A stretch of 64,000 nucleotides of DNA from Candidatus Shapirobacteria bacterium (GCA_018062705.1 JAGORQ010000002.1:7450-71449), one strand, 5' to 3'. Shown: positions 1 to 10,174, counted from the stretch's first letter. Made by a program: numbers and translations. The notes: generated by a model not told the origin, from the letters alone.

Positions 1-519
1 ATTCTTGCCACCTCAGCTCTCCAAATTGGTGATATCGTCGTCTCCGGAGCCGATGCCCCCATCAAGGATGGTAACCGTCTTCCTCTCAAAAATATTCCCG
101 TCGGTATCCCAGTTCACGGTCTTGAATTTCAAGTTGGCAAAGGTGCTCAACTAGTCAAGTCTGCCGGTTCCGCCGCCTACATTCAATCAATTGATGGCTC
201 CAAAGCCATTATCAAACTTCCTTCAGGTGAACTCCGAATTTTTAATTCAGAATCAAGCGCCACAGTCGGTCAGGTCAGCAATGCCGATCATAGCAATATC
301 AAGTTAACCAAAGCCGGTGACTCTCGTCATCGGGGTATTCGTCCCACCGTTCGCGGTGTGGCTCAAAATCCTCACTCCCATCCACACGGAGGTGGTGAAG
401 GTCGCTCCAGCATCGGTATGAATCCCAAGACTCCCTGGGGTAAGCCAGCCATGGGCAAGCGGACTCGTTCTCGCAAAAATAAATCTAACAAGTTAATCGT
501 TCAACGGAGAAAGAAGTAA
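1..519 (+). CDS. rplB: 50S ribosomal protein L2, C-terminal part (5' end outside window)
   Basis: Frame 1 is open from position 1; translation ...HRGIRPTVRGVAQNPHSHPHGGGEGRSSIGMNPKTPWGKPAMGKRTRSRK... matches the L2 C-terminus; TAA at 517-519. Confidence 0.9.
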   Translation: MLATSALQIGDIVVSGADAPIKDGNRLPLKNIPVGIPVHGLEFQVGKGAQLVKSAGSAAYIQSIDGSKAIIKLPSGELRIFNSESSATVGQVSNADHSNIKLTKAGDSRHRGIRPTVRGVAQNPHSHPHGGGEGRSSIGMNPKTPWGKPAMGKRTRSRKNKSNKLIVQRRKK

Positions 520-580
520 AATTTAAACATTAAACCATTGATTAAATGGTTTAATGATAAATGATAAATTCTTAATAAAA
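520..580. repeat. R1 ribosomal-operon intergenic element, copy 1 (short)
   Basis: aaacattaaaccattg...attaaatggtttaatgataaatgataaatt between rplB and rpsS. Confidence 0.7.
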
Positions 581-853
581 ATGTCCCGCTCATCCAAAAA
601 AGGTCCTTATCTCGATGCCAACATTTTAGATAAATTAAAAAAAGGTGTCACTGGTCCTATCAAAACCTGGGCTCGTAAAAGCCAAATTGCTCCTGAATAT
701 GTAGGCAAAACTTTTGCAGTTCACAACGGCAAAAAATTCATTGACGTCTATGTCACAGAAGATATGGTTGGTCATTACCTCGGCGAATTTTCCTCAACTC
801 GCACCTTCAAAGGTCATGGTCGTATCGTTAAAAGAGTTATTGAAAAAACTTAA
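581..853 (+). CDS. rpsS: 30S ribosomal protein S19
   Basis: [10 protein letters not shown]...[34 protein letters not shown]; the track ORF starts at 554 inside the repeat, and the ATG at 581 gives the canonical N-terminus. Confidence 0.9.
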   Translation: MSRSSKKGPYLDANILDKLKKGVTGPIKTWARKSQIAPEYVGKTFAVHNGKKFIDVYVTEDMVGHYLGEFSSTRTFKGHGRIVKRVIEKT

Positions 854-856
854 TCT

Positions 857-1297
857 ATGGCTACTACTATTAAAAAAACTACGGTTACTAAAAAATCTTC
901 TGCTTCCAAAGTAGGGGCTTCGCTGGCCGAAGCCCGTCCAGCCCAAACCACCAAGTCAATCAAATACTCCCATTCTAATTTGAAGGTCTCGCCCCGCAAA
1001 CTTCGTGTGTTAACTTCTGATATTAAAAAAATGGCTCCAGCACCAGCTCTTGCTCGGCTTCAGTTTACCAATACCAATGCCGGTCGTTTACTTCATGCCT
1101 GTCTCAAAACCGCTATCGCCAACGCCAAGAGTCAAAACATTCTCCCCGACACACTCAAATTTACTGAGGTTAGAGTCGACGAAGGTCAAAAGATTAAACG
1201 TATGGACAAATCTCATGGTTCTCGTTTTGCCCGCGGTATCATCATCAAACGTCACTCTCGCCTAAATATAATTTTATCTGGTACAATACAAAGTTAA
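857..1297 (+). CDS. rplV: 50S ribosomal protein L22 with N-terminal extension containing an in-frame R2 hairpin repeat
   Basis: SPRKLRVLTSDIKKMAPAPALARLQFTN...ANAKSQN L22 core; the N-terminal 40 aa include SKVGASLAEA encoded by repeat 908-935. Confidence 0.85.
   Translation: MATTIKKTTVTKKSSASKVGASLAEARPAQTTKSIKYSHSNLKVSPRKLRVLTSDIKKMAPAPALARLQFTNTNAGRLLHACLKTAIANAKSQNILPDTLKFTEVRVDEGQKIKRMDKSHGSRFARGIIIKRHSRLNIILSGTIQS
908..935. repeat. R2 palindromic hairpin, coding subtype, in frame in rplV
   Basis: aaagtaggggcttcgctggccgaagccc. Confidence 0.8.
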
Positions 1298-1409
1298 AAA
1301 AATTTAACCATTAAACCATTTATCATTTTTCATTGAAAATAAAAGAATAAAATATAATTGAATCAATGGTTAAATGGTTCAATGATAAATGAAAAATTCT
1401 TCATAAAGT
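1298..1409. repeat. R1 element, copy 2 (full)
   Basis: aatttaaccattaaaccatttatcatttttcattgaaaa...caatggttaaatggttcaatgataaatgaaaaatt. Confidence 0.85.
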
Positions 1410-2051
1410 ATGGGCAACAAAGTTAATCCAATCGGTTTCAGACTCGAAACAGTCAAAAATAGTCCAGAATGGCAATCTTCTTGGTATGCCAATTCCAAAA
1501 AATACTCCGTCTATCTCGGCGAGGACAAAAAGATCAGAGATTTTATCCAAAAGAAATTAGCTTCTGCTGGTATCGTTTCTACTCGAATTGAGCGTTCTAC
1601 CAAAAAAATGAAAATAATTTTAGTCGTATCCCGACCCGGTTTGGTCATTGGACGTGGTGGAAAAGAATTGGAAATTCTCAAAAAAGAATTGCTCAAATTC
1701 CTGACTCCAGTCTCTGGTAAACAATCACTTGATATCCAAGTTGAAGAATTCAAATATGCCGATCTCTCAGCCAAACTAATTGCCGAAAAAATAGCTTTCC
1801 AACTAGTCAAACGCATGCCCTATCGTCGAGTTGTCCTTTCCACCATGGAAAAAACCATGAGTAGTGGAGCCAAGGGTATCAAAATCCAATTAGGTGGACG
1901 TATCAATGGTGCCGAAATTAGTCGTCGCGAAAAGTTTTCCCAAGGTAAAGTTCCTCTCTCAACTATCAGATCAAAAATTGATTATGCTGAATGTCCTGCG
2001 CTCACTCGCTCAGGTTATATCGGTGTTAAAGTTTACCTATGCTTAGCATAA
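1410..2051 (+). CDS. rpsC: 30S ribosomal protein S3
   Basis: MGNKVNPIGFRL hallmark, KH domain; position after L22. Confidence 0.92.
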   Translation: MGNKVNPIGFRLETVKNSPEWQSSWYANSKKYSVYLGEDKKIRDFIQKKLASAGIVSTRIERSTKKMKIILVVSRPGLVIGRGGKELEILKKELLKFLTPVSGKQSLDIQVEEFKYADLSAKLIAEKIAFQLVKRMPYRRVVLSTMEKTMSSGAKGIKIQLGGRINGAEISRREKFSQGKVPLSTIRSKIDYAECPALTRSGYIGVKVYLCLA

Positions 2052-2162
2052 ATTTAACCATTAAACCATTTATCATTTTTCATTGAAAACAAAAGAATAA
2101 GTAAATAATTGAATCAATGGTTAAATGGTTCAATGTTACAATGATAAATTTTTCAAATAATT
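2052..2162. repeat. R1 element, copy 3 (full)
   Basis: Near-identical to copy 2. Confidence 0.85.
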
Positions 2163-2567
2163 ATGCTACAACCTTCAAGAACAAAATATCGTAAACAATT
2201 CCGTGGCCGGATGCGCGGTCTTTCTCAAGGTCATTCAGTTGAGTTTGGTGAATATGGTCTCAAATCAACCGAATGTGGCTGGTTAACTGCCAATCAAATT
2301 GAAGCCGCTCGTCGCGCTATTGCTCATGCCACCAAAAGAAATGGTCGTATGTGGTGCCGAGTATTTCCTGACAAACCATTTACCGAAAAAGGCGCTGGCG
2401 CTCCATTAGGTGCTGGCAAGGGTGATGTCAAAGGTTATGTTTGTGTCGTCAAGCCAGGCCGGGTAATGTTTGAGATTAGTGGTGTGACTGCCGACGAAGC
2501 CAAAATCGCGATGCGTTTGGCTGCCGCTAAATTACCAGTTGTTTCCAAATTTGTTACTCGTATTTAA
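2163..2567 (+). CDS. rplP: 50S ribosomal protein L16
   Basis: MLQPSRTKYRKQFRGRMRG...; operon order. Confidence 0.92.
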   Translation: MLQPSRTKYRKQFRGRMRGLSQGHSVEFGEYGLKSTECGWLTANQIEAARRAIAHATKRNGRMWCRVFPDKPFTEKGAGAPLGAGKGDVKGYVCVVKPGRVMFEISGVTADEAKIAMRLAAAKLPVVSKFVTRI

Positions 2568-2578
2568 TCCTAGATTTT

Positions 2579-2776
2579 ATGAAAAAAACTGATAAAATTT
2601 CCTACAGACAAAAGGCTCCTGCAGAATTGACCAAATTATTGGCCGATTCAAAAAAGCGTTTGGTCGAAACTCGTGCCAAACAATCAACTGGCAACCTCAA
2701 AGACACCTCCGTCTTCAAAAAAATAAAATACGAGATAAATTATATCTTGACCCTTCTTACTCAAAATGGAAAATAA
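2579..2776 (+). CDS. rpmC: 50S ribosomal protein L29
   Basis: 65 aa, L29-like helical protein between L16 and S17. Confidence 0.8.
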   Translation: MKKTDKISYRQKAPAELTKLLADSKKRLVETRAKQSTGNLKDTSVFKKIKYEINYILTLLTQNGK

Positions 2777-3032
2777 TACAGGCAAAACATTCACCGGTAT
2801 AGTCACTTCAGACAAAATGAACAACACCATTGTTGTTACCTTAAGCTACACCTTCCGCCATCCTAAATACAAAAAAATCGTTAAGAAGAATAAAAAAATC
2901 TATTCTGAAAATAATTTATCCGCCAAAACTGGTGACACTGTTACCGTTCGGGAAACTCGTCCTTTATCCAAACTCAAAAGATTTACCACCGTTACTATCG
3001 TTAAGAAAGGAGTTGAAGTCGATCAGATATAA
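2766..3032 (+). CDS. rpsQ: 30S ribosomal protein S17
   Basis: GIVTSDKMNNTIVVTL...TGDTVTVRETRPLSKLKRF; 11-nt overlap with rpmC. Confidence 0.9.
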   Translation: MENNTGKTFTGIVTSDKMNNTIVVTLSYTFRHPKYKKIVKKNKKIYSENNLSAKTGDTVTVRETRPLSKLKRFTTVTIVKKGVEVDQI

Positions 3033-3095
3033 TATATCTTCAACCATTCCAATGGTTAAATGATAAATGATAAATGATAAATTTTTCAAATAATT
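3033..3095. repeat. R1 element, copy 4 (right-half only)
   Basis: ccaatggttaaatgataaatgataaatgataaatttttcaaataatt. Confidence 0.6.
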
Positions 3096-3464
3096 ATGTT
3101 ACAACTTCGCTCATTCATCAAACCTGCCGACAACTGCGGTGCCAAGTCACTCCAGATTATGCATGTCTACAAAGGTAGTTTTCACAAAAAAGGTACCATT
3201 GGTGATATTGTCCTAGCTATTGTCAAAGAGGCTATTCCGACTGGATTAGTCAAGAAAAAAGAAAAAGTCAAAGTTGTTATTGTCCGCACCAAAAAAGAAG
3301 TTCGTCGTGCCGATGGTAGTTATATCCGTTTTTCGGATAATGCCGGTGTGGTTATCGACAATCAAAACAATCCTCGTGGCACTCGTATTTTTGGGCCAAT
3401 CGCTCGTGAAATCAAAGATTTAGGTTTTAATAAAATTGCCTCGATGGCCAAGGAGGTCTACTAA
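3096..3464 (+). CDS. rplN: 50S ribosomal protein L14
   Basis: MLQLRSFIKPADNCGAKSLQI...; L14 signature. Confidence 0.92.
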   Translation: MLQLRSFIKPADNCGAKSLQIMHVYKGSFHKKGTIGDIVLAIVKEAIPTGLVKKKEKVKVVIVRTKKEVRRADGSYIRFSDNAGVVIDNQNNPRGTRIFGPIAREIKDLGFNKIASMAKEVY

Positions 3465-3466
3465 CT

Positions 3467-3787
3467 ATGAAATTACACAAAGGTGATATCGTCAAAGTTC
3501 TCATCGGCAAAGACAAAGGCCGCGAAGGTGAAATCCTCCAAGCTTTTCCCAAAAAAGGTCAAGTTTTAGTCAAGGGTCTCAATATTTTCAAAAAACATCT
3601 CAAAGCTACCCAAAACCAAGCTGGTAGCATTATCCAAAAAGAACGTCCTTTTGTCACTTCCAAAGTCGCTCTAGTCTGTCCTCAATGCAAAAAAACTACT
3701 CGTGTTGGTTACCAAATCGACAAAGAAGGCAACAAATATCGTGTTTGCAAAAAATGTCATCAACTCATTAATACTAAAACCAAATAA
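3467..3787 (+). CDS. rplX: 50S ribosomal protein L24 with C-terminal Cys4 zinc-ribbon extension
   Basis: KGDIVKVLIGKDKGREGEI KOW motif; C-terminus has CPQC...CKKC. Confidence 0.88.
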   Translation: MKLHKGDIVKVLIGKDKGREGEILQAFPKKGQVLVKGLNIFKKHLKATQNQAGSIIQKERPFVTSKVALVCPQCKKTTRVGYQIDKEGNKYRVCKKCHQLINTKTK

Positions 3788-3789
3788 TT

Positions 3790-4326
3790 ATGGCCATTAC
3801 CAAAGTCCAACAATCAGTCACCGAGAATCTCAAAAAGTTGTTGCCCAAACACAACCTCAATGCCTTGCCCAAACTAACCAAGGTAGTTCTCAATTATCGA
3901 ATTTCCGAAGGTCGCGATAGTCAAGAAAATCTCAATAATGCACTCGCCGAAATTACTGCCATCGCCGGTCAAGTTCCCAAATTATGTAAATCAAAAACTT
4001 CTATCGCCAACTTCAAACTTCGTGAAGGCGAACCTTTGGCCTACAAGGTCACTCTTCGCGACAAAAGAATGTACGATTTTGTTGAAAAACTTTTCAATTT
4101 AGTTTTACCTCGTCTTCGCGACTTCAAAGGCATGCCTCTAAGTTCATTTGATAATGAAGGCAATTACAACCTAGTGATTCGTGATCAGACCTATTTTCCC
4201 GAGATTAATTTAGACAAGGTCACCAAAATTCGTTCAGTCCAAGTCACACTTTGTATTTCTTCCTCTTCAAAAGACGAATCAAAAATGTTATTATCCACCC
4301 TAGGTTTTCCGTTTGAGAAAATCTAA
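3790..4326 (+). CDS. rplE: 50S ribosomal protein L5
   Basis: L5 signature ...[30 protein letters not shown]... Confidence 0.92.
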   Translation: MAITKVQQSVTENLKKLLPKHNLNALPKLTKVVLNYRISEGRDSQENLNNALAEITAIAGQVPKLCKSKTSIANFKLREGEPLAYKVTLRDKRMYDFVEKLFNLVLPRLRDFKGMPLSSFDNEGNYNLVIRDQTYFPEINLDKVTKIRSVQVTLCISSSSKDESKMLLSTLGFPFEKI

Positions 4327-4343
4327 TTTTTAAATTTAATTTA

Positions 4344-4529
4344 ATGGCCAATTTAGCAAAAAAAATCCGCGAAACCAAAAAACTCAACTATTCAGTTAGA
4401 CATCACAACCGTTGTCAACTCTGTGGTCGACCTCGTGGTTTTATTCGTTTATTTGGACTTTGCCGACTTTGTTTTCGCAAATTGGCTCACACTGGAGTTT
4501 TACCAGGTGTCAAAAAATCCAGTTGGTAA
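4344..4529 (+). CDS. rpsZ: 30S ribosomal protein S14 type Z (zinc-binding)
   Basis: 61 aa, CQLCGR...CRLC zinc-ribbon form of S14. Confidence 0.9.
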   Translation: MANLAKKIRETKKLNYSVRHHNRCQLCGRPRGFIRLFGLCRLCFRKLAHTGVLPGVKKSSW

Positions 4530-4535
4530 ATTATT

Positions 4536-4922
4536 ATGATTACTTCACTCACCACCGATTTTATTATCAGAATCAAAAATAGCGCTCTCGCTGGACGGAA
4601 GAGTTTTAAGGCTCCTTCATCCAAGTTCAATCGAAGCCTAGCCGAAACCCTCAAACGTAATGGTTTTGTCTCAGCCTATGCTGTGTCCGAAGATTCTCGA
4701 ACTATGACGGTTGATTTTGCCCTAAACAACGATGAACCAAAAGTTTCCGGAGTCAAGTTATTTTCCAAACCTGGTCGTCGCTGGTACGAAACAGCCCTTT
4801 CCCTCCCTTGGGGTCAATCAAAAGAATCCTTAATTATAGTTTCAACTAGTAGCGGTGTTATGTCCCAACGTGAAGCCAAAAAACTTGGCATCGGTGGCGA
4901 AATTATCGCTGAGATTTATTAA
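4536..4922 (+). CDS. rpsH: 30S ribosomal protein S8
   Basis: TDFIIRIKNSALAGRKSF...; operon order. Confidence 0.9.
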   Translation: MITSLTTDFIIRIKNSALAGRKSFKAPSSKFNRSLAETLKRNGFVSAYAVSEDSRTMTVDFALNNDEPKVSGVKLFSKPGRRWYETALSLPWGQSKESLIIVSTSSGVMSQREAKKLGIGGEIIAEIY

Positions 4923-5037
4923 AAGAATTTAACCATTAAACCATTTATCATTTTTCATTGAAAATATAAAAATAAAACAAAAACTTGAATCAATTGCTAA
5001 ATGGTTCAATGTTACAATGATAAATTTTTTTTAAATT
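4923..5037. repeat. R1 element, copy 5 (full)
   Basis: aatttaaccattaaaccatttatcatttttcattgaaaat...gctaaatggttcaatgttacaatgataaatt. Confidence 0.85.
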
Positions 5038-5577
5038 ATGTCTAGAATCGGTCGAAATCCTATCACTATCCCCGCCAACGTCACTGTTACCGTCACTGGT
5101 CGCACAGTCACCGTTGTTGGACCACTTGGTACTCTCAACTTGGCCTTACCTCTCAAAATTAATGTCGAGGTCCGCGACGGTATTGTTTATGTTACTCGCG
5201 TCTCTGAAGATAAAAAAGTCAAAGCATGTCACGGATCAACTCGAGCTCATATCCAAAACATGGTCACTGGTGTCGTCACTCCCTGGAAAAAAGAAATGGA
5301 AATCAGAGGCACTGGTTACAAGTTCACCCTTCAAGGCAACAAATTAGTTGTCAATGCTGGCTACATCCATACAGTTGATGTCGTCGCCCCCACCGGTATA
5401 ACTTTTACTGTCCCAGATGACTCCAAACTAACCATTACTGGTACCGACAAAACAGTTGTTGGTCAAGTCGGTAGCAATATTCGTAAAATCCGCAAACCTG
5501 AACCTTACAAAGGCAAAGGTATCCGTTATCTCAATGAATTTATCAAATTAAAAGCCGGTAAAACCGCCAAAGCCTAA
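5038..5577 (+). CDS. rplF: 50S ribosomal protein L6
   Basis: MSRIGRNPITIP...; two L6 repeats. Confidence 0.92.
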   Translation: MSRIGRNPITIPANVTVTVTGRTVTVVGPLGTLNLALPLKINVEVRDGIVYVTRVSEDKKVKACHGSTRAHIQNMVTGVVTPWKKEMEIRGTGYKFTLQGNKLVVNAGYIHTVDVVAPTGITFTVPDDSKLTITGTDKTVVGQVGSNIRKIRKPEPYKGKGIRYLNEFIKLKAGKTAKA

Positions 5578-5692
5578 GGCACAATTTAACCATTAAACCA
5601 TTTATCATTTTTCATTGAAAACAAAAGAATAAAATATAATTGAATCAATGGTTAAATGGTTCAATGATAAATGAAAAATTTTTTATAAAATT
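5578..5692. repeat. R1 element, copy 6 (full)
   Basis: Near-identical to copy 2. Confidence 0.85.
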
Positions 5693-6034
5693 ATGATCCA
5701 CGATCGAACCCTCAAACGACAAAAAAGAGTCCGCGCCAAAATCTCCGGAAATCTCGGTATTCCTCGCCTTAGTGTTTTCCGTAGCAACACTCATTTATGG
5801 GCCCAAGTTATCGACGATAAACACGGCAAAACTCTTGCCTCGGCTACTACCAAAAACCTCAAAGACATCAAAGGCACCAAAACTGAAAAAGCCATTGCTT
5901 TAGGTGAAGTTATTGCCAAATCTGCTCTCAAAGCCAACGTTATCAAAGTTCGTTTCGACAGAGGGTCCTACAAGTATCATGGACGCGTCAAGGCCTTAGC
6001 CGACTCTGCCCGCGAACATGGCCTTAAATTTTAA
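5693..6034 (+). CDS. rplR: 50S ribosomal protein L18
   Basis: [18 protein letters not shown]...[17 protein letters not shown]. Confidence 0.92.
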   Translation: MIHDRTLKRQKRVRAKISGNLGIPRLSVFRSNTHLWAQVIDDKHGKTLASATTKNLKDIKGTKTEKAIALGEVIAKSALKANVIKVRFDRGSYKYHGRVKALADSAREHGLKF

Positions 6035-6130
6035 TATATTTAACCATTTAACCATTTATCATTTAACCAATAATTAAAAACATTTAATCAATAATTAAAT
6101 GGTTCAATGTTACAATGGTTCAATAATTTT
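6035..6130. repeat. R1 element, copy 7 (divergent)
   Basis: tttaaccatttaaccatttatcatttaacc...attaaatggttcaatgttacaatggttcaataatttt. Confidence 0.7.
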
Positions 6131-6607
6131 ATGTCCGATTTTGAAAATAAACAAATTAGAAAAATGGATCGTCCTGAGTCCGAATTTACCGACAAAGTCG
6201 TCGAAATCAAACGTGTTTCCAAAAAAACCAAAGGTGGAAATCAAATCGGTTTTACTGCCTTAGTCGTCACCGGTGATAAAAAATCCCGTGTCGGTGTCGG
6301 TCATGCCAAGGCCAAAAGTGTGGCCGATGCCATTCAAAAAGCCATACGCCGTGGTCGTCGCGATATGCTGACTGTCAAAACCAACAATGGCACAATTATT
6401 GGCGAAATCAAATTCAAATTCAAAGGTTCGATTGTTCTACTTCGTCCTGGTAAACCAGGTTCTGGTCTAATTGCTGGCGGTCCTGTCCGTTCTGTAGTTG
6501 AGTTGGCTGGAATCAAAGACATTGCCTCCAAAATCATCGGTTCCAAAACCAAATCAATTAACGTTTGGGCAACCCTAAAAGCCCTCACCCTTTTACAAAA
6601 AAATTAA
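6131..6607 (+). CDS. rpsE: 30S ribosomal protein S5
   Basis: VVEIKRVSKKTKGGNQIGFTALVVTGD...; the track ORF starts at 6107 inside repeat, so ATG 6131 is preferred; L30 does not follow. Confidence 0.88.
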   Translation: MSDFENKQIRKMDRPESEFTDKVVEIKRVSKKTKGGNQIGFTALVVTGDKKSRVGVGHAKAKSVADAIQKAIRRGRRDMLTVKTNNGTIIGEIKFKFKGSIVLLRPGKPGSGLIAGGPVRSVVELAGIKDIASKIIGSKTKSINVWATLKALTLLQKN

Positions 6608-6704
6608 CCATTTATCATTTTTCATTTATCAAAAAATAAAAAAAATAACCAATCATCAAATCAATGAAAAATGGTTAAATGATAAATGATAAATTCTTTC
6701 TAAT
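6608..6704. repeat. R1 element, copy 8 (divergent)
   Basis: aaccatttatcatttttcatttatc...caatgaaaaatggttaaatgataaatgataaatt. Confidence 0.7.
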
Positions 6705-7124
6705 ATGGATATTCTAAACAATCTAACTCAAACAGTTGATAAACCCGCTCGTCGTCTCGGTCGGGGATATGGCTCCAAAAAAGGTGGTCACACTTCATCT
6801 CGTGGCTCCAAGGGAGACAAGGTCAGAGGCAAAACCAAAATCACTTTCGATGGTACCAAAATCAAAAAAGGCTGGATTAAGCGCACCCCCTTCCTTCGAG
6901 GCAAACACCGAACTCTCAAAATGAGTATCAATGCAATTTTTCAACTCGAACAAATCGACAAAATGTTCAAATCAGGTGACACCGTAGATGCCAAAACCCT
7001 CAATTGTGCCACTGCCAAAATTTTGTCAAAAGGTGATATTACCAAAGCTCTCAACTTCCGTGGAGTCAAAATGTCTGAATCAGCCAAGGCCAAAATTATC
7101 GCAGCAGGTGGTAAGATAGACTAA
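6705..7124 (+). CDS. rplO: 50S ribosomal protein L15
   Basis: [23 protein letters not shown]...; directly follows S5. Confidence 0.9.
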   Translation: MDILNNLTQTVDKPARRLGRGYGSKKGGHTSSRGSKGDKVRGKTKITFDGTKIKKGWIKRTPFLRGKHRTLKMSINAIFQLEQIDKMFKSGDTVDAKTLNCATAKILSKGDITKALNFRGVKMSESAKAKIIAAGGKID

Positions 7125-8404
7125 TGAATCAGTTCATCAAGTCGCTCTCAATTTATTTTGAAGGCTTCAAAACACCGCTACTTCGTCATAAACTTTTATT
7201 CACTTTAGGAATTCTTATCGCCTTCCGTTTCTTGGCCCACGTTCCCGTGCCCGGCGTCAACCTAGACTTGCTTCGCAGTTTTTTTGCCCAAAATCAGGTA
7301 CTCTCTTTACTCAACATTTTCTCTGGCGGTACTTTAGCCAACTTTTCCATAGTTGCTTTGGGTCTAAACCCTTATATCAATGCTTCGGTCATGTTGCAAT
7401 TGCTCACCCTAGTCTCTCCCAAGTTAGAAGAATTAAGTAAAGAAGGTGAGTATGGTCGTGCCAAAATAAACCAATATACTCGAATCATCACCATCCCTCT
7501 GGCAATTGTTCAGTCTTTGGGTATGTATGGCATTCTCAAATCACAAAACATTATTGGTGGCCTTAGTCCATTGTTATTAGTCGCCTTGGTTAGCACCATG
7601 GTTGCCGGCACCATGATTATGATTTTCTTAGGCGAACTTATCAACCAATATGGAATTGGTAACGGTATTTCTGTTATCATCTTCGCCGGTATCATTGCTC
7701 AACTGCCGGTTAGTTTTGTTCAAACTCTCAGTGTCACCGACTTTAGTAACCCCCAAAACACAATTAATTTAATAATTTTTGCCGCTGTAGCCATCGCCCT
7801 TGTTTTTGGAATAGTTATGGTTGAGGAAGCAGTTCTTCGCATTCCGGTTCATTACGCCAAGCGCGGTCAGGTTACCTATCTTCCCATCAAAGTCGATACG
7901 GCTGGTGTCATGCCAATAATTTTTGCAGTCTCTCTGGCTACCGCCCCCTCGTTAATTGGTCAGTTCCTGTCCAAGCTTTCTAATCCAGCTATTGCCCAAG
8001 CCGGCCTTACTCTATCCCGTTTTTTCCGAACCGATAGTGCCCTATATATACTATTTTATTTCCTGCTCGTTATCGGTTTTACTTATGTTTACACTTCGGT
8101 AGTTTTCAAACCCAAAGACATTGCCGACGAACTCCGCAAATCTGGTGGCTTTATCCCCGGTATCCGCCCTGGTCAGTCCACCGAAAAACGCTTGGAATAT
8201 TTAATTAACCGGGTCATTGCTATCGGTGCCTTGTTTCTCGGTGTCATTGCCGTCTTCCCCTCAATTATCCAAAGTATGACCGGCATCACCACTCTCACCA
8301 TCGGCGGTACTTCGGTCCTGATTGCTGTCTCTGTCGTCATCGAGCTCACTCGCAAAATCGAAAACGTCGTCCAAACATATAACTACGACAAACTAACTTA
8401 TTAA
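7124..8404 (+). CDS. secY: preprotein translocase subunit SecY
   Basis: 426 aa, 10 TM, SecY motifs, follows L15. Confidence 0.93.
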   Translation: MNQFIKSLSIYFEGFKTPLLRHKLLFTLGILIAFRFLAHVPVPGVNLDLLRSFFAQNQVLSLLNIFSGGTLANFSIVALGLNPYINASVMLQLLTLVSPKLEELSKEGEYGRAKINQYTRIITIPLAIVQSLGMYGILKSQNIIGGLSPLLLVALVSTMVAGTMIMIFLGELINQYGIGNGISVIIFAGIIAQLPVSFVQTLSVTDFSNPQNTINLIIFAAVAIALVFGIVMVEEAVLRIPVHYAKRGQVTYLPIKVDTAGVMPIIFAVSLATAPSLIGQFLSKLSNPAIAQAGLTLSRFFRTDSALYILFYFLLVIGFTYVYTSVVFKPKDIADELRKSGGFIPGIRPGQSTEKRLEYLINRVIAIGALFLGVIAVFPSIIQSMTGITTLTIGGTSVLIAVSVVIELTRKIENVVQTYNYDKLTY

Positions 8405-8419
8405 CACTTTTGTATCATT

Positions 8420-8755
8420 TTGAAAAAAATATTTTTTTCAATCTTAATAATAGTCTCACTTTTTGTTGTTTCATTAGCTTATACATTCGGCTATTCGTTA
8501 AAACAAAATAATCCCAATCCAGACAAAGGTTGTTTTGTAGGAGGCTGTAATGGTGGCGATATTTGTAGCAATACCAAGGATATTTGGGGCAACTGTGTTA
8601 GTCGAAATGATTTTTGTTACAAAGTTGATAAGTGCGCCATGGTTTCCCAAAATAATTGTCAATTTCGACCAACTTTCAACTCATCAATTTGTTGGGTTGC
8701 CCAAGCACCAGTATTATTAGTCCAAAAAGTTATTGAGTTTATAAACAATATCTAA
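8420..8755 (+). CDS. small Cys-rich secreted protein (10 Cys), hypothetical; TTG start
   Basis: Signal peptide MKKIFFSILIIVSLFVVSLA then CFVGGCNGGDIC...; sits between secY and adk, which is an unusual place. Confidence 0.5.
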   Translation: MKKIFFSILIIVSLFVVSLAYTFGYSLKQNNPNPDKGCFVGGCNGGDICSNTKDIWGNCVSRNDFCYKVDKCAMVSQNNCQFRPTFNSSICWVAQAPVLLVQKVIEFINNI

Positions 8756-8758
8756 AAT

Positions 8759-9343
8759 ATGCCGTTAAACCTTTTTATCATTGGACCGTCCGGCTGTGGT
8801 AAAACTACCCAGGCCAAGCTGATTGCTGAAAAATACAAAATTGATCACTTGTCCATGGGTCAGCTTCTCCGCGATGAAATCACCAAAGGTAGTGGTTTTG
8901 GAATTGAAGCCAAAAAATATATCGACGATGGCAAGCTCGTCCCCGATGATTTAGTCTTTGATGTTCTGATTACCAAGCTCAAGGCTCTCAATTTCGATAA
9001 TTTTATAATTGACGGTTTTCCCCGGGTCTTAAACCAAGGTCGGATTATTGAATATTATCTTCGCAAAAATAACATGCCGATTACTGCCCTAATTCACTTA
9101 AGTGTCACCTTTGCTGAAATTTCTGCCCGAAGGGCTAAAATGGGGGATTCATTTCAAGATAAAACCCGCACCGACAATTCCCCCGAAGATATTGCTAGTC
9201 GTCAAAAATTCTATGATGACAATATCGAAGGTATCCGCGACTATTTCACCCGCAAAAGCGAATTTATCGATATCGACGGCAACCGCCCCATCGAGCCCAT
9301 ATTTGCCGATGTTATTAAGGCAATAGATAAATTAAGAAAGTAA
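8759..9343 (+). CDS. adk: adenylate kinase
   Basis: IIGPSGCGKTTQAKLIAEKY P-loop; LID/NMP regions. Confidence 0.9.
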   Translation: MPLNLFIIGPSGCGKTTQAKLIAEKYKIDHLSMGQLLRDEITKGSGFGIEAKKYIDDGKLVPDDLVFDVLITKLKALNFDNFIIDGFPRVLNQGRIIEYYLRKNNMPITALIHLSVTFAEISARRAKMGDSFQDKTRTDNSPEDIASRQKFYDDNIEGIRDYFTRKSEFIDIDGNRPIEPIFADVIKAIDKLRK

Positions 9344-9369
9344 AGTAGGGGCTCGACTTGCTCGAGCCC
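9341..9369. repeat. R2 hairpin, intergenic subtype, after adk stop
   Basis: taaagtaggggctcgacttgctcgagccc. Confidence 0.8.
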
Positions 9370-9378
9370 AAAAATCAA

Positions 9379-9780
9379 ATGCTCGAAATTCCTGAAGAAA
9401 TTAAAAAACTCTGCGAAAAGTCCATTATCGCTTTTTCGACTTGCTCACCAACCGGACAACCAAACACTGTGGCTGTAGCTTGTGCTGTTGCCATTTCTCC
9501 AAATCAAGTTTTAGTCACCGATAATTTTTTCAATAAAACCAGACAAAATCTAATAAACAATCAACAGGTTTCACTAACATTCTGGAATTTAGAACAAAGT
9601 TTAGACGGTGCCGGTTACCAATTTAAAGGTACGGCTCAAGTAATTACGACCGGAGAGTTAAAAGAAAAAGTTGATCAAATGGAATGTAATCAAGGTTTAG
9701 CTCACAAAGCGGCTATACTTGTAACCATCACAGAAATCTGGGATTTAGCCAATCCGCATTTAATTTGTCAAGAAACTTAA
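9379..9780 (+). CDS. pyridoxamine 5'-phosphate oxidase-like FMN-binding split-barrel protein (putative)
   Basis: AFSTCSPTGQPNTVAVACAVAISPNQVLVTDNFFNKTRQNL; the track start 9358 lies inside the R2 repeat, so ATG 9379 is preferred. Confidence 0.5.
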   Translation: MLEIPEEIKKLCEKSIIAFSTCSPTGQPNTVAVACAVAISPNQVLVTDNFFNKTRQNLINNQQVSLTFWNLEQSLDGAGYQFKGTAQVITTGELKEKVDQMECNQGLAHKAAILVTITEIWDLANPHLICQET

Positions 9781-9849
9781 GTCACTTAAGTAACCCAAGC
9801 AACTTACGACTTTATCCCGTATAATAAACCGAATTACAAATTTCAATTT

Positions 9850-10053
9850 ATGAAAGAACCAACCGTCAAAGCTACTGTTACAGAAGTCCTCCCCAACCAA
9901 CTTTTTCGGGTGGAACTCGAAGACAAAAGATTAATTGTTGCCTACCTTGCAGGCAAACTCAAGATGAATCACATTCGTTGCCTCGCTGGCGACAAAGTTA
10001 GTGTCGTTTTGTCTCCCACCGAAGACAAAGCCCGCATTGTTTATCGGGGATAA
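9850..10053 (+). CDS. infA: translation initiation factor IF-1
   Basis: 67 aa S1-like OB fold, ...IRCLAGDKVSVVLSPTEDKARIVYRG. Confidence 0.9.
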   Translation: MKEPTVKATVTEVLPNQLFRVELEDKRLIVAYLAGKLKMNHIRCLAGDKVSVVLSPTEDKARIVYRG

Positions 10054-10072
10054 TTTACCCCAAATTTACTCT

Positions 10073-10101
10073 TTGATATTAACTAGCATTTAGGTTACAA
10101 T
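10073..10101 (+). promoter_or_regulatory. sigma70-like promoter TTGATA-17-TACAAT upstream of rpmJ-rpsM-rpsK-rpsD-rpoA-rplQ
   Basis: ttgata (10073-10078), 17-nt spacer, tacaat (10096-10101). Confidence 0.45.
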
Positions 10102-10174
10102 ATCCAAGTCTTTATCGCTTATCTAAAAAATGCCATCATTTAAATTAATAATTGCTTCTAATTCGGCACTGCCG

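Noticed and set aside
554-580. Longer N-terminal starts for rpsS (554), rpsE (6107), PNPOx-like (9358), gltX (18547), lon (58944), rpsI (13742), GT2-GtrA (35657), 22348 and 53783
   Set aside because: The extra codons run across repeat elements or into upstream genes. Internal ATGs give canonical protein N-termini.
1050-1265. Alternative-frame and antisense ORFs from the track (1050..1265, 1511..1816-, 5114..5347, 6334..6588-, 6736..6924, 7510..7695-, 8173..8355-, 9102..9326, 10919..11140-, 10929..11183, 11355..11558, 11662..11898-, 12148..12390-, 12200..12505, 14112..14372, 14257..14529-, 14614..14874-)
   Set aside because: Each is fully embedded in a well-supported ribosomal or housekeeping gene in another frame. 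They are shadow ORFs.
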